Origin: Bugula neritina | Lineage: Eukaryota > Animalia > Bryozoa | NCBI GenBank assembly: GCA_964035545.1 | Contig: OZ037767.1 | Coordinates: forward strand, 25,498,628-25,562,627 | DNA: 64,000 bases | Direction of reading: 5' to 3' | Shown: one piece after another, positions 1 to 13,856 of the stretch | Numbering within the stretch: the stretch's first letter is position 1 | Layout: each line of letters begins with the position of its first letter | The notes under the pieces: model-generated | What the model was told of the DNA's origin: nothing | What the model saw: the letters and a program-made list of their open reading frames with translations, nothing else | Database searches by the model: none | Translations under genes and position numbers: made by a program

Positions 1-203
1 TGGTTTTTCTCAATTTCTCTATTACTGCACCTCTTTTTTGCACCACCTCACTTAGGCTATTTAGAAAAACATTTCTGAATCACAAAGTAAACCAACTAAC
101 AGCGCTTTAGGCAATGTATCTGACAAAAATATCTTCAATGATTACAATGGTGATTCACTGATCCTTACCTTGCAATCTCTAGTCGCCATGGAGTCAGCAT
201 CAG
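1..203 (-). CDS. Possible exon fragments of a minus-strand gene running off the left edge
   Basis: Strong donor AAG|GTAAGG at 169/168 and acceptor ..gattcag at 75. Joining 203-169 to 74-1 gives the open frame LMLTPWRLEIARNVFLNSLSEVVQKRGAVIEKLRKT. The frame is ambiguous and no homology was recognised. Confidence 0.3.
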
Positions 204-865
204 CTAGTAGATTTTACTAATCACTTCTAGTTTAGTCTCCAGGCTACCTGCATTAATTTGCATTTACATGAGTCAAGCCGCGTGTGAGTAATATCATCAT
301 AACATACAAATGGTGGTCTTTCTCTAGCAGTCATAGAGCAAAGCAAGTGCATGCATTGAACATGACTACTAGGCAGAACATAACTAAGTAGCTATAGAAT
401 AAATAATCAATGAGACCTCAATAGGCTGTGAGTACATACACACAACAATATGAGTGACAAAAGGGAAAAAGTTGCAATGAAATGTAATGTTGCAAAATAG
501 GCCTATCATACATTGCCTGACTATTTCTGTACATTGTTGTTATGTAACAAGGCTGTCTCAATAATAATTCAAAACAGTAATTATACAAGCATCTAACCTG
601 CATTTGTAGAGATTCTCAGGAGTATAGGCGGCTTATATTCTGAACATGTACTGAGCACTAACCAACAGCCAAACAAAGCATGTGCAGTGATGTCAGTCTC
701 CTACACAGCATTGCTAGCAACATCATCATGCACCTTGGGGAATTACCAGTACAAAACCGCAATAGACTATATAAATTCATGCGAGTAATTAATTAACATC
801 CTTGGTTTCCTGTCCAATGCTGAGTGCATGACTCAGCCTTCAGCAGCCCTAGCTCATCAGTAGTA

Positions 866-3054
866 GGGGTAACGGGGGCACAACGGTCATAGGGGTACAA
901 AAAGCCGGCCAAATTTTGAGAGAACTAATTGACTTAGAGTTGTGATTTTTTTTTCATAAAAAGATATTGACATAATTATTCAGCCTCTGTAGTTTCAACA
1001 CTTGCGGAACATTCGTGTTGAAAAGGCGAGTAAAAAACTGTTTTTACCTACTTTTTGTAAATTTCTTAGGATGTCGTTGAAGCCTTATAACTTTTTACAC
1101 TCAAGTGCAAGAAACCTAAATTTTACTAATATTGTTGCCATTGCTTGTCTCTGCAATGCTTAACTAGTATAACAGCAAACACTGAAATAAATTTTCCTTG
1201 AGGCACATTTATTTTCGATTTGGCCACACGGGGCACAATGGGCCACGCTGACCGGGGCACAATGGGCCACCTGATTATTGCACCCTGATCACTGTTATTA
1301 GTTTGTTTGCCCAAAAAGTTGGTTGAACTGTTACTAAAAATTATAAATATAGCCATTTCTGACCTTTTTGTAAAATATCAAAGACATCATGGTAAGACTA
1401 CAAAACTAAAAGTTGAAGCTCCCTTAATACATACATCTGGTAAGGTTAAAGCTTTGCCATTTTATACATAATACAAAACACTCTGCTGTTGCTACTAGTA
1501 GATAGTCATGATAATCTGTTGATGTTTTCTTGGCTGTTTGTCATCGTGGGAGCATAGACAGCTATCACAGTGCACCATCGCTCATCAGACAGAGGAACCC
1601 TGAGTGACATCAGTCTGTCGCTTATAGCCTTTGGCTCTTCGATTAGTCTCGAAACAAGTTCGTTCCTGATAGCAAGAGCCACGCCTGACTCACTGCGCTC
1701 AGATGCAGTTTTGCCACTCCAATAAATGGTGTAGCCTGACTCTTCACGAATGTTACCTGTATCTTTGAATCTGATTTCACTCAGTGCTGCAATGTCGATG
1801 CCATACTTCTGTAGTTCAGATGAAATGATTGCACTTCTTCTCTCAGGTCTTTCTTTGTTCTCCCGGTCTAGCAATGTTCGTATGTTCCATGATGCAAGGT
1901 TGAGTTTAGAATTTTGGACCTTTTTATCCTGGGCGACGTCCTGCCAGTATGATTTCGTGTTCATTTTTCTTTTCATGATTCAATCGGATTATGCTGACAA
2001 GAAGTTTAAGGATACTTAGGGTTTTGTCAGTTGCTTAAGCACCCCTCTCCACTAAAGAAGTACGCTGTGCTGGCAAGGAGTGTCCAGGACGAGCACAGCA
2101 GTTCAGTAGTCGCAGTGACTGGCCGAGTAATTCGCCCTCTCAGAGTGTCACGTTTCTGGATGGATTGTTGTCTGGGTGATCAACCCATAGATCCTCATAC
2201 TATTAGCCTGGGTGTATCTACACCCAGTTACCAGTGGTGACCGCTTGGAGGTTAGTATGAAGTCTTGACTGATGGGAACTTCTCTACAGTACATCATTGC
2301 CATCAGTCCTTGGATGCTGGGGTCCGTAGTGTAAACTGGTACAGCTCTTGATTCCACCATCCACCACCACCAGATAGTCATGATAATCATTATATATTAC
2401 ACCATTGAGGGAATATACATGCATTTGACTGAAATAAATTGTGATTTGCTAATTTGCTCCCCCCTCTTCCTTCCGTACTCCAGTCACAAACCTCAGCCAT
2501 GCATGCACCTTAGCTACAGTTCATTGAAAAAAGTTCACTCAGAATTTTGTAGTACATTTTAGTAAAGTTTTTTTTAATAAACGTTGCTCTGAAGTGAAAA
2601 TAACAAAACATTTTTAGTTCTAAACAGTAATAATAATGGCACTGCAGAACTGAGTGACGTGCGTTTGATTTTGCCTTCCTCTGCTATCCGTAGTGGCACA
2701 AACTGTACAGCTAAAACATGAATTTTGCTGTAAATCTGAAAGATTATCTTTATTTATTTGTATTATTAAATAAATAAAGATCAGATATAACAAAATACGC
2801 AAAATTTCAATATATTTGTTGCGTTCCACCCAGTGGCCCATTGTACCCCGGTACCGGGGCACAATGGGCCAATTTTTTCGTCATGAAAATTTCATTATTC
2901 TGAAAGTTGTGAAAGAGATAGAAACAACAAACTGGTACATGTAATAGACAACAGATGTAGCATTAAGACTAGAGATTATTGAACTAGTAACTTGAAAAAC
3001 AGACGAATGAGAGCAACAAATGCAAAATTCGGCCCGTTGTGCCCCCGTTACCCC
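866..3054. mobile_element. Non-autonomous TIR DNA transposon flanked by TA (Tc1/mariner/pogo-like)
   Basis: Perfect 21-bp TIRs GGGGTAACGGGGGCACAACGG (866-886) and CCGTTGTGCCCCCGTTACCCC (3034-3054), each flanked by TA. Internal GGGGCACAATGGGCCA motifs at 1230, 1254 and 2856, with an inverted copy at 2834. No transposase ORF. Confidence 0.85.
1517..2371 (-). mobile_element. RTE-clade LINE fragment (5' UTR plus N-terminal AP-endonuclease), nested in the TIR element
   Basis: ORF 1976-1506 has APE motifs ASWNIRTLLD, IDIAALSEIR, SGVALAI, SDRLMSLRVPL and VYAPT. Flanked by the exact 17-bp direct repeat AGATAGTCATGATAATC at 1500-1516 and 2372-2388. Confidence 0.9.
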
Positions 3055-6000
3055 TATAGTGGCTTAGTCTGCTATACCATAGACAACACAGGAAACGCAC
3101 TCCTTTACAGCCCTGTATTATGCAATGAGTACCTTTACACATAGACTAGCATATTATTCACCATTTACTTACACAGATACATGCAGTCATGTCTGCATGG
3201 ATCAACTCAAACTAAAAATGAGTCGATTAATACATATAAACACTTTTTTATTAATAAAATTGTATTACATGCTAGCCAAAAATGTAGCAACAATGAGTTT
3301 ATATTAGTTTAAGAACATCTCTATTACTCTTTTCCCCATGATTTCAAAGCCACTCCAAAGCAATCGCAGAAGAAAAACATAATTTAAAACTTATATGATA
3401 AGAAAAGGGTTTATTTATTGCTGCACTGAGGTTATTTAACTACAGCTCATTTGGCAGAAAAAGAGGAGATAACTCCCATGAATCCAACATTGACATTTAC
3501 ATCTAGTTTCTTACAAACTACTTGTTTTGGTTAGGTATTATACCTAAAAGTAAATATAGTTTGACTATTGCTCTAAAAATCATAATAATTATCTACTCCG
3601 AATATTGCTACAAGAGTATATTTTTAGAACTTTAAAAAATGTATAGTCAAATTTTGGTTGTAAGCTTTTCCTATTTTTTGTTGTTGTTTGTATTATTAAA
3701 TGTAATCCTTGTATAAACACTTTAATAGTTTTAGTAAACATATTACATAATTTAAATTTAAAACTTACCATCCTAACAGTTTCTTGAAAATTTATGGCAT
3801 AGAACAGGTGTGGTTAGCATCAGGAAAAGGATGAAGGCTATAACACTAATTAAACCAGTAGTTATAATCTTGAAATAATGATTACAAAAATTATTTATGG
3901 TTAACTATATAATTATAATTTGAAAACTTTTTTAAAAAGTCATATTTTCAGTGCAGCCAGTCGATAGGCTAGGACTACTGGGTTATTGTTATTGCAAGTT
4001 TTTAGTAGAAAAATAACAATTGCAATTTTTAATTCTAAGAGAGCAAGTTTAATGTAGAGTAAAGTCTGAAAGTCAGTGTAACACTAACAGTAGTAGAAAA
4101 AAAGTCTATACAGCTAATATTACTAATTCTCAGTAAATCAATTGACAAATAACCTAACTCTTCTAAAGCTATAGAAACCCAATGACAATGTGACTGCAAA
4201 TGTCAAATAGTAACTGTATTACATAACGCAAATATTTTTACTGTAAATTCCACATCATAAATTGTCAGTATGATGATAATTCATTATGTATTGTAAATAT
4301 ACATTCTGTTTTATGGTAATGGTAATGATCACTGATAACAGCAATTGCATAGAGTTGTACTATTAATGTAACTATTTATGATAATTATCATTAAAATATA
4401 AATATGTATTATTTAATAATTATTAATATATTGCTTGTAGTCATAAATTTTAGGAAAATTTAATTTTATCTACCTGCTACTAGTACTAGTACTTCCTAAC
4501 CCAGTACCCTCTCTTGCCTACAAGCGCAAGTAGGCACGGCAGGGCAGACAAACTTCTCCTAAGCCAACTGTTCAAATTTCATCCACCATGCAAATAGAGT
4601 TGGGGCTCTACTAGGCAATGGTACTTAGCACTGCTTGCACTTTTGGCAGTTTCTGCACCTGGAAATATACCAGCTAGTAGCTACATGCTGTTCCTTTGAC
4701 ACTAGGTGTTCTTAAGCAAAAAAGCTTTTGGTAGTGCTAGGACCACCCAAGGTAACTTTCAATAGTACTGGTGGCATTTTCAAATATTTAGCACATGTTT
4801 TTTGCATAGAATCCAAATGATTTACAACACATTTCTGTAAGTGGAATAGTCATAGTGTCGAATGGAGGCAAACACTTTACACATTGGTGGAACATTTGAC
4901 ACTGGGAACAATATGAATATAATTTCAAAATTAATAACAAAATTTATGGCTGTACGTCTGATCGAGAAATTGGTGTTCAAATTGCAGATATCATACATCA
5001 AGCAGTGACATGTTGATCTTCAGATCTTTAAGTGATCTTCATCTTGCTTACAAGACTTAAATATTTGACTAATACTAACAGTAAGTGTAACTGGTAACAG
5101 ATAATCATAATATTATATAATATTAATTGTATTAATAATAATATAATATAAATATTGATATTAATAAATTTAAATATTAATATAGTTTATAATTATATCA
5201 ATGTGTCAATCTTGAATCTACTGTAAGTTGTCATCACTAACTATGGGCTATACCATAACTAACACAATTATTTTTGTAATATTTATAACAATATTTATAA
5301 CAAGTATTAACTTTTGTCAAATTTTAATAAGAGCTTTAAGAATTAATAGTTAATACTATGTTATAGCGAGAATGTGTCTTCCAGAACCAGTCTGCTCGAA
5401 CATGATTTCTGCTGCTAATGTGAGCTTGACCTTAGTTTCATTTCTTCAATATTGAGTAAATTACACGTAGGTATACCGCCGCGGCAACAAGGCGAGATTA
5501 TAAAATTGCGCAGTTGTTTAAAAGTTTGTGAATAACCATTTTTGTTCCACACTTCCAGTGCACATTGCTCTTGGATGGTGCCTCTGCAGCCACATCTGTT
5601 GGCCACATTAAAGAAACCGTAACAACGCTGGTCCTATTTTGCACCACTATTCAATCAAAATTTAATGCATAGCAGGGTTTTTGTAGCTGATGTAGTGTAG
5701 TAATCACTTGATTACAGTGATATTGAAAACTGCTTTGTGATTGTTATCGTTTTAACTTTTAAGTTTTTGAAAGTTATTATCATTGTCACTTATCATTATG
5801 ATTGTAAATATCAATATAATCACTGTGTATAAAAAATCATTTTATTGTGAATAATTTGATAGTGATAATTGTAATAAAATCTTTAAATTTTGTTTTGATT
5901 CTAGATCAGGACTAATTTCAACTGTTTTCAGTTAGTTATTCTTTGCCCTTAAATTTAGTAGCCATATTCATATTGATATTTATTATTCATATCGATATTC

Positions 6001-8609
6001 TATTTAAGTTTTTAATGTTGAACAAGTGGTATTATTTATTTGAACATTTAGTAGTAGTCTTTATGGTTATACTTATACTATTATTCATTAAAGATACGAC
6101 GTGTTAATTGATTGCATAATTGCTATCACAATGAATATCAGTATGAACATTAGGCTTAGCATATTCAACTATATAGACTATAACTATTAGCCCAGAAACA
6201 GATTTTTTTTCAATCATTATAAGGAATTGCTTAGATTAAACGATTTAAGTCAACAAACAGATTTATTGAAAACTAGTAGTTCATGTTATAATACTAATAA
6301 AATAATTTATTATCACCAAAAATATTATAAATCTCAATCAAGTGTGATCCTTTAATAAATATTTTATTATATATTAATTAACATTTATTTGCTTATGGCT
6401 AGATATAAATAAGAAGTATTCTTATTTAAGCGATATTGTGAGAGTATTATGATGATCATCATTTAACATTATGACTAGACAGATTAACGAGTAGTGACAA
6501 TATAAATATTTATAATAGCTGTAGCATGCATATATACATACTATAAATTATTTTTATATTAGTACAAATTTGCTGGTAAATTTAGGCTAAAAGTAGTGCT
6601 AAATTTATTAAATCAAAACTTGATATAATGCTGACTAGTGAAACTATGTAAAGCACAATAAAATTTTAAAAACCATGGTTGTAGTAAAATAAACTGCTGA
6701 TTATTACTATAAAAACAAATGCATTTGCATGCATCATATGTATGTATGAAAATGACCTCACTAGAAACTTGACAGATAGGCAAAAACTATTTTAATTTTG
6801 AGTTTTTGAGCTTTTAACAATCGATGGGTTATGAAAAGTTGTCTATCTTTCAATTTTACCAATTTTAGAACTTCAACGTGAAACTAATGATCAATAATAG
6901 TGAAAGCTTATAATACTCAATTGTGTTAAAAGTTACCTTTTGAAAGTCTGTTTTATTCTAATAATTAATAATTCTTACTCACAAGTCGGTAACTGGCTGT
7001 CTTTCTAGATTTAGATGCTTCAAATCAGAATTACTAGTAGTCACCTATAGTTCTACCAGTTGAGTGAAGTTTTAAATATCAGGGAGTTGGCCAAGCTTCC
7101 TCTTTTATATGAGCTTTTTGTTGAACAGCTTCTATGTTATTCCAAAAGCATTGCACAACTTTCTCTATTTTGCACAATATGAAAACATATTTATATATAT
7201 TGATCATCAATGTCAGTAATTAATTTGTATTTTAAGTTTCGTTTCTCACAAAGACATGTTAAGTACAATATCTTTTACAAATTGTTTGGTTTTAGTCAAA
7301 CACAGTATTTCAACTCATTTAAAAATTATATAATATCCACATTGTTTTAAATAACTATGAAACTTTAAGACTAGGTTGGGCAAAGTAGCGTAAATTAAAT
7401 GATCTACCATGTGCATGTCAAGTAAAATTTTATTCACCTCAATTTTTAAAATAATAATATGGGGCAGTAAATTTTAAAAGAACTCATAAATGATATATTC
7501 CTTAATAAATCAAAAATCTGGTACTATATTTTTGCTTTTTATAGATTTCATTGATTTTCAAAAGGTTTTGCCAGCATAAATAATTTAGTTATTTGTGGAA
7601 TACAGTTGAAGGCTAAAATCTGTAGATTTCTTGCTACAATTTTTTTTAACAGCCTGCCCATACTTGTATTAAACAAAAAGTTGTTCAATGCACCAACTTT
7701 TTATTTAAAGAGTTGCCTTTGCATGCATATTTAAGGTTTTCTAAAGTGTGCTTTTTATGCCTGCTTCTTAATTAGTTGTGTGTTTCAGGGAGTTGTATAA
7801 ATTCTACAGTTTGGCTTTTTAGCATTCATTCAGTTTCAAAATAGCACACCAAGCACAACTATTACTGCACTGGCGACAGGGTGCCGGCTTGAGGCGGGAA
7901 AGCTGGGACTGAGGTAAGAGTTTTATTGTATCAAGCTTAGAAGAACAGGCTTCAATGTTTTGATCTTGCTACAAAAACTCCATTGTGAGTTTATCTTGTA
8001 CAGATGAGGGACTGGAATATAGCTGTTAGTGTAGCCATTGCAGCCTTGACTAAAATATAACTTTATAATCTTCAGCTGTGGGGCTAAAATAGCAATTGAT
8101 TTAAAGCAAGTAGTTGATTGAACTCAGCCATACCTATTTTTCTACATGTTGCATTTATTAAAATTATGGAAACCCCCCCCCCCATGATCTGGTTGATTAG
8201 GAGTTATCATCCTTTTAATACTGAGGGCTCAAATTTACTCAAAGCTTGTCTTTCCCAAAATGCCATCAGCCATGACTAATAATAATTTGCAAGTTTAAGT
8301 TATACATGCACAACAGTGTAAAAAATTATAAAATTTTCGTATAGGAAAAATAAATAAATAAATTTTGGATTTAGTGGAGAATTAGTATAAAAAGTTGCAT
8401 CAACAAAATATTTTACGTTTGTATTTTTTATACTCGTAAAATAGTTCCCATGCTTTTACTAGTAGCTATCGTATAAGTAGTTGTCTGCACTTCATACACT
8501 CATATATATTTAAAATTTATTTCCACTTATATGGAAATTAAAATCTTTAATTTTAAAAGTTTTTCTAATTTATAGTAGCTGCACGAAGTTTCCTTGAAAT
8601 TTTTTCAGG

Positions 8610-11600
8610 ATGGCAGGCAGTGCTATCCATGGTAAAGAGGGAGGCAGTGAGGAAGCTCAGACAGACCCACTGAAATGCCAAGAGATGTGCATACCAGAGC
8701 AGTTTAATGCCAAGGATGGCAGCATGGAGGCTGCCGATACTTTTGGGTTATCTCTCGAAGGGCAAATCCTTTCAATTGATGACTTGATGGTGTCTGACAT
8801 ACACACTGCCTGGATGTTGGACAGCATAGCTCAGCAATCTACCGACAGCTCAATTAGTGGTAATTGAAAAAAAATTCTTTCCTTGTGAAATATTAGTGAT
8901 GGTATGTATTTTCACTTTGCAGTTTGCAGCAAATTATAATGTTCTAGTAATGTTGTATATTGTGCAAGCTGTAATTCTTAAATGACAAAGTTTTGGACTA
9001 TATAGGTTCGCAGTTTTAAATTTACCACAGGTTTTGCTAAAAATGATGTGGCAACATAATGATCATGTGAATCTAGTTTTGTTTACAATTGTATTGCTAC
9101 ATTATAAGTTTACACAGTTTTGATTTCTAAAAAGTTGCTGGCACCATTGTCCTACCACATGTTCAGTCACAGAGAAAAGTTAGTTTAAACTTCCTCTCGT
9201 GTGTTGCAGGCTTGGACTCACACTCTTCTGGTCAGATGCTGACTCATGATGCCAATGTCGGGATTCAGGAAGTTATGGATGCAGAAATTCAAACCAATTC
9301 AGTCCCGAAGTAAATATTCTGTTAAAGTTTATATTACATTCTTGATCTAGGTTTTTTGATCACATCTTTATTTGCTATTTTCTGACACTGATTGAATTTC
9401 TGCGGTGCAACTTTTAAATTAAAATGTCTATATTGTTTTTCATCACTTGCTCATTCCTGTTACACTTTCTCTGATCACTATGACCAAACAAGGTTTTAAT
9501 TCTTTGCTGGTAACATAGTGACAATGGCCAAGACTTGTGGAAAAAAGAAAGCTATTGTGAAGCTGATATCACAAACCTCAATGGCTATGCAGACAATTCA
9601 GGCAGTGCTCATCTCCAACCACCATCAGTGCACCAACCTCCAAATTCAGTCAACTATAAACAGCAGCAGCATGCTCAGCCACACATGACAGCACCCATGT
9701 GCTGTGTGTCTCACGTTATGCCTCCTGCACCTCACCACATGCCACCAAACCAACCACATGGCTACTCCTATATGCCTTCTGGTCACTCTTATCTTGTGGA
9801 CCAGAACCGATATCCAAACTCAACTAGATATTATGACCCAAACTACTCTTACTACCCCATGCCACCTCATCCAATGCACTACTACTACCCTCCAAGCAGA
9901 GGTATTTGTGAATTTACTATTATTTAAGATAGCTTCATACATTATTTGCAACGATCTTTTGTTATACACGATTTTTTGTTATCCTGGTCTTCTCCCATGT
10001 AGTTATGTGTTAAATATGTTCTTTTTATAGTCTTAGCTAATCTTTGCTGCTACTTAATGTAGAAATGATGCCTATGGCAGCTCACCCTGCTATGTTTCCT
10101 CCCCCGACTCAGGAATACAAACCTCAGTCTACAAAGGCGGGGAAAACAAAGAAAAGGCGATATGTTGAAGCTTATGCTAACCATGCGGACCTTACCAAAC
10201 CCAGCGAGCCGTATGTGGAGCTCATTGCAACGGTAGGTACAGCACACTGTAATGGCCCACAGAGATCAAGTAAAACTATGCTGGTAACTTTCTACTTGTT
10301 ATAGCATTGTTGGAGTTCAAATATGATAATTACAAACGTAGTGCAGCAATGTTTTGGCAAATATTTTGGGCCACAAGTGTGATATCTGCACAAGGTAGGT
10401 TGACTAGCTATTTCTATTTTTCACGAATAATTATTTAATATAAATAATTGAGCTACTCAAAATTGTAGGCCATTTTGAGTGCAGATAGGAAAAGGATGCT
10501 GATTACCGAAATATATGATTACTTGATGGCACGGTATTCTTGTTTTACTTCTGACAATATTAGATCATGGAGAAACAGGTATGCAATTGTTTGTTTTTAA
10601 GCTAGTGGTTGTTTCAAAACTTTAGTTGTAGCTATAAATTGACAAAATGCACAGCAAAGCTGAGAGAATGCTTGAGAAAATTTCAACTATATTTTTGTTC
10701 GAGTCTTAAAATGTTTTCAATTAGCTAATGAACATTTACTGCAGTCACCTTTGACAGGTCATTCTGCTTAATGTATTTTGGCACTTGTTGACAGTGAAAT
10801 ATATTTTTTGTCTGTAAAGAATAACTTGAATGAAACTGTCTGTTCTAAATTTAGTGTCCGGCACAACCTCAGTCTCCTGGCCTGCTTCACCAAAGGAGAC
10901 CGGTCGCCTACTGGTCGAGGGACTTACTGGCAAATCAGCAGCGAGTTTTTGGTAAACTTTTCTTCTCTTGTTTGTTCTTATTGTTTTGAAGTGAAGTATT
11001 AATTGGCATTTTGAACCTTACTAAAACAAAACCTTGACTCATAGTTGCCCAGGTTGAGATATAAACGGTTTCCTCAATCTTTACTGTACAAGTTTTAGCT
11101 GTTGTAGTTATAATTTAAAAATATTTGATTACAAGTTTTAGTTTAACTGATTCAATTTACACCAATAACTAGTTCAGCTACTATATAGTTGTGATGCAGT
11201 CATGTTATGCAGTTAAATATTGGAATGGTTTTACTCTCAGCTGTTGAGGCCGTAACCGACTAGCTCCTTCGCGTAACACAACTCCAATGTGGCATGAATT
11301 ATCTAATCAAAGACTTCATGCTGTACATAATATTTCAGTAGACTTTATTATGGGTGTACTGCAAGCCTCTATAGTATTTTTATAATAATATAATTGTAAA
11401 TATTGTTTCAAACACTGCAGCGTTGCATAGCAGCATAGATACTGAATAATATTAGTCCTTTCAAATGAGTGAAATATCTGCTTGCCATGCTAAACTGATT
11501 TTTACAATATATCATTTGAAATGAAATTTTCTTCTCGTCAAAATCTCGAAGTTCAACAATTCACAAACATATTTCATCAATATTGACAAGTATGTTACTA

Positions 11601-12706
11601 CAAATTTTGTCTATGTTCATAAAAATATGATTAATTTTACAGGAAGCTTTTGAAAATGGAAATTTCAATGCACCTGGTTGCAAGGAACGAAAGAAGTCAA
11701 CTTCGAAAAAGAAAACTGCACAGGATTTAAGTGCAGATAATCCTAAATGCCAGAGCGTTCCTCCAGCATCTAGCGTAAGTTGAATACATGTGGGAGTTAT
11801 ACTCTCCAGCTATGTTTAGTTTTAGTACTAAAAACTGTTACTTAGCTAATCATTTGGTTGGTAAAATTTTAACTTTTTCTACTGACTATCGATTTAATAT
11901 GAAATCATTAAAGTAGTTCAAAAATATGCCCTATATAACATTAAATAAATATTTTGATGAAATTGTTAGATAGGTGTAGAGCTAGGATGCCAAATGTTAT
12001 ATCGAAAATGTTGGCATTGTAACTAAATTAAAATGAATCTAAAAGAATAATTAATTATCAAGTTTTCTTTTTACAGCTCGCAGTCAGTGTTCCCGATAGA
12101 TCCTTGTCAGCTCCACCACATTTGACCCATGGTTGTCCTTCCGATCACCTACTCACTATCGCTCATCCAAATGATTTACATTTCTCTCACGCCATGGCGG
12201 CGGTACCACCCGCACACGCCCATTTCACCCACTCTGGCTCCTACCAACAAGATTGCAACATGATGCTCCCAGCTCACTCTGGTTTGTCATATGGTGAGTA
12301 GACATGCAACAAATTATAACAATAACTTATTAAGAAGCATATGCACTCGCAAAGCCTTGCTCTTAAATCAGGGTGTTGAAGTCAACAGTCTAATGTATTT
12401 TTAGCAAAGCCCATCACAAGGCTACAACAACTTATTTTGTAAGAACTTTCTATGGGTTATACTTTTGCAGATGGTGTTTCCAATCCTGTTTATTCCAATG
12501 TTTCCAACCCTGCTCCATCTACACCGTACACAGTCATATGCCATTCCGAGGGTACACCCCTATCACCACTTTCTCTTTCAACAGCTCCTAATATTGAAGA
12601 GTTTTATGACGGGGTACATATTGAAGATGAACAATTTGAAGATATTTTTTCTGCACCCGACTCTATTGCATCTGAACACTTTGATCAAAATAACATTGCA
12701 CAATAG
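8610..12706 (+). CDS. Forkhead-box transcription factor, divergent FoxQ2-like, 564 aa, 9 coding exons
   Basis: Exons 8610-8859, 9210-9309, 9519-9901, 10063-10232, 10469-10578, 10855-10951, 11643-11774, 12077-12293 and 12471-12706 are all GT-AG and phase-consistent (1695 nt). Spliced domain: KPSEPYVELIATAILSADRKRMLITEIYDYLMARYSCFTSDNIRSWRNSVRHNLSLLACFTKGDRSPTGRGTYWQISSEFLEAFENGNF. The wing 'RSPTGRG..W' and the N-terminal EH1-like LSIDDLM suggest FoxQ2; the subfamily is less certain than the domain. Confidence 0.88.
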
Positions 12707-13856
12707 CAGTAATATGTAATAGTAACTTTACAAAAGTGTCTTGTTTTTTTCTCAGTTATCTTGACCAGCCAAACAGGTGTCTAAGTTGTTATTTATTTTC
12801 TCTAAATGGTGCTTATACATTGACAATCATGTTGTATTTGTAATTTGGGTGCTCTTTTTGTTTTAGTACCCTATCTGTTCTATTATTTTGTGATACGTGG
12901 TCTTGTTAAATTATCAATGTTTTCATACAGTTTTAGTGTATTATACTAACTATGTTTTCCATGACCTTTCTCTATTTTTGCCAATTATCAATTCTTTCTA
13001 TCCCTTTATAGTATCTCAAAATATTATTTTTTGATAATTCAACCAATCCATAACATGCATTAGTGTAGGTTGTAAAAATATTTTTCTATTGGCTCTACCG
13101 CAACATAAAAAATTGATATGATTGTGCAAAAATATCCCATATTTTAGATATAGTGTCTCTAATATTGCTATCCTTTTGGTCATTGAAATATATTGTCTTT
13201 TACAAGTTTAATATAGTATTGTTAAATTGTGCACATAATTTATCATTCATCATGCAGAATACAGAGTGATGGATTTCCCACAAGTTTCATGGGCAAAATT
13301 GAAATTGCCCATAATTATCATTAGAGACTACAACTTGAGTCAATGAAATTTGCTGCCAAGTTTGAAATTCTTCCTAAGGCAAGGTGTGATTGGGTTTTAA
13401 AATTTTGGTTAACAGCAACTAACACAAATATATTAACATTGTTTTTACCCTTGCACAAAGTTTTTGTTCCATGCTGTTACTTCTGCAGTTTTGAAAATAA
13501 ATTTTTAGGTTGCATATTTTGTATTATGCATAGTCTCTCAGTTTTATCTCTGCTGGTTTAACAGTTTCAAACTTTAAAAAGGTATAAAATACTTACAATG
13601 GAAAGCTAATAGAATTATAAAATGAAAATAGTACGGAGAGAAGTTATAAGTTGGATTCTAAAAAGCAGGTTCAGACAACTTCACGAAATTATTTGTTGAA
13701 TATAAAATCATCTTCTAAGCGATTTTATAGCATTGCATGTGTTTCACAAAAAAATACAAGCATAATTTTTTTGCATTGATCTATCATTGTTGAAAATAGA
13801 AAATAGGTTTCAATTTTTGCTCTATTTTCACCAAAACGTCTGAACAATAAAAATTG

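Noticed and set aside
4480-4900. GC-richer island, considered as an exon or LINE 3' end
   Set aside because: The minus-strand frames examined contain stops and no recognisable motif was found.
5415-5606. 63-aa minus-strand ORF in a CpG-containing patch
   Set aside because: No recognisable homology or splice partners; it may be regulatory DNA upstream of the Fox gene, but this cannot be supported from sequence alone.
7372-7667. Possible hAT-like MITE (TAGGTTGGGCA...TGCCCATACTTG)
   Set aside because: Short imperfect inverted repeat with no recognisable TSD.
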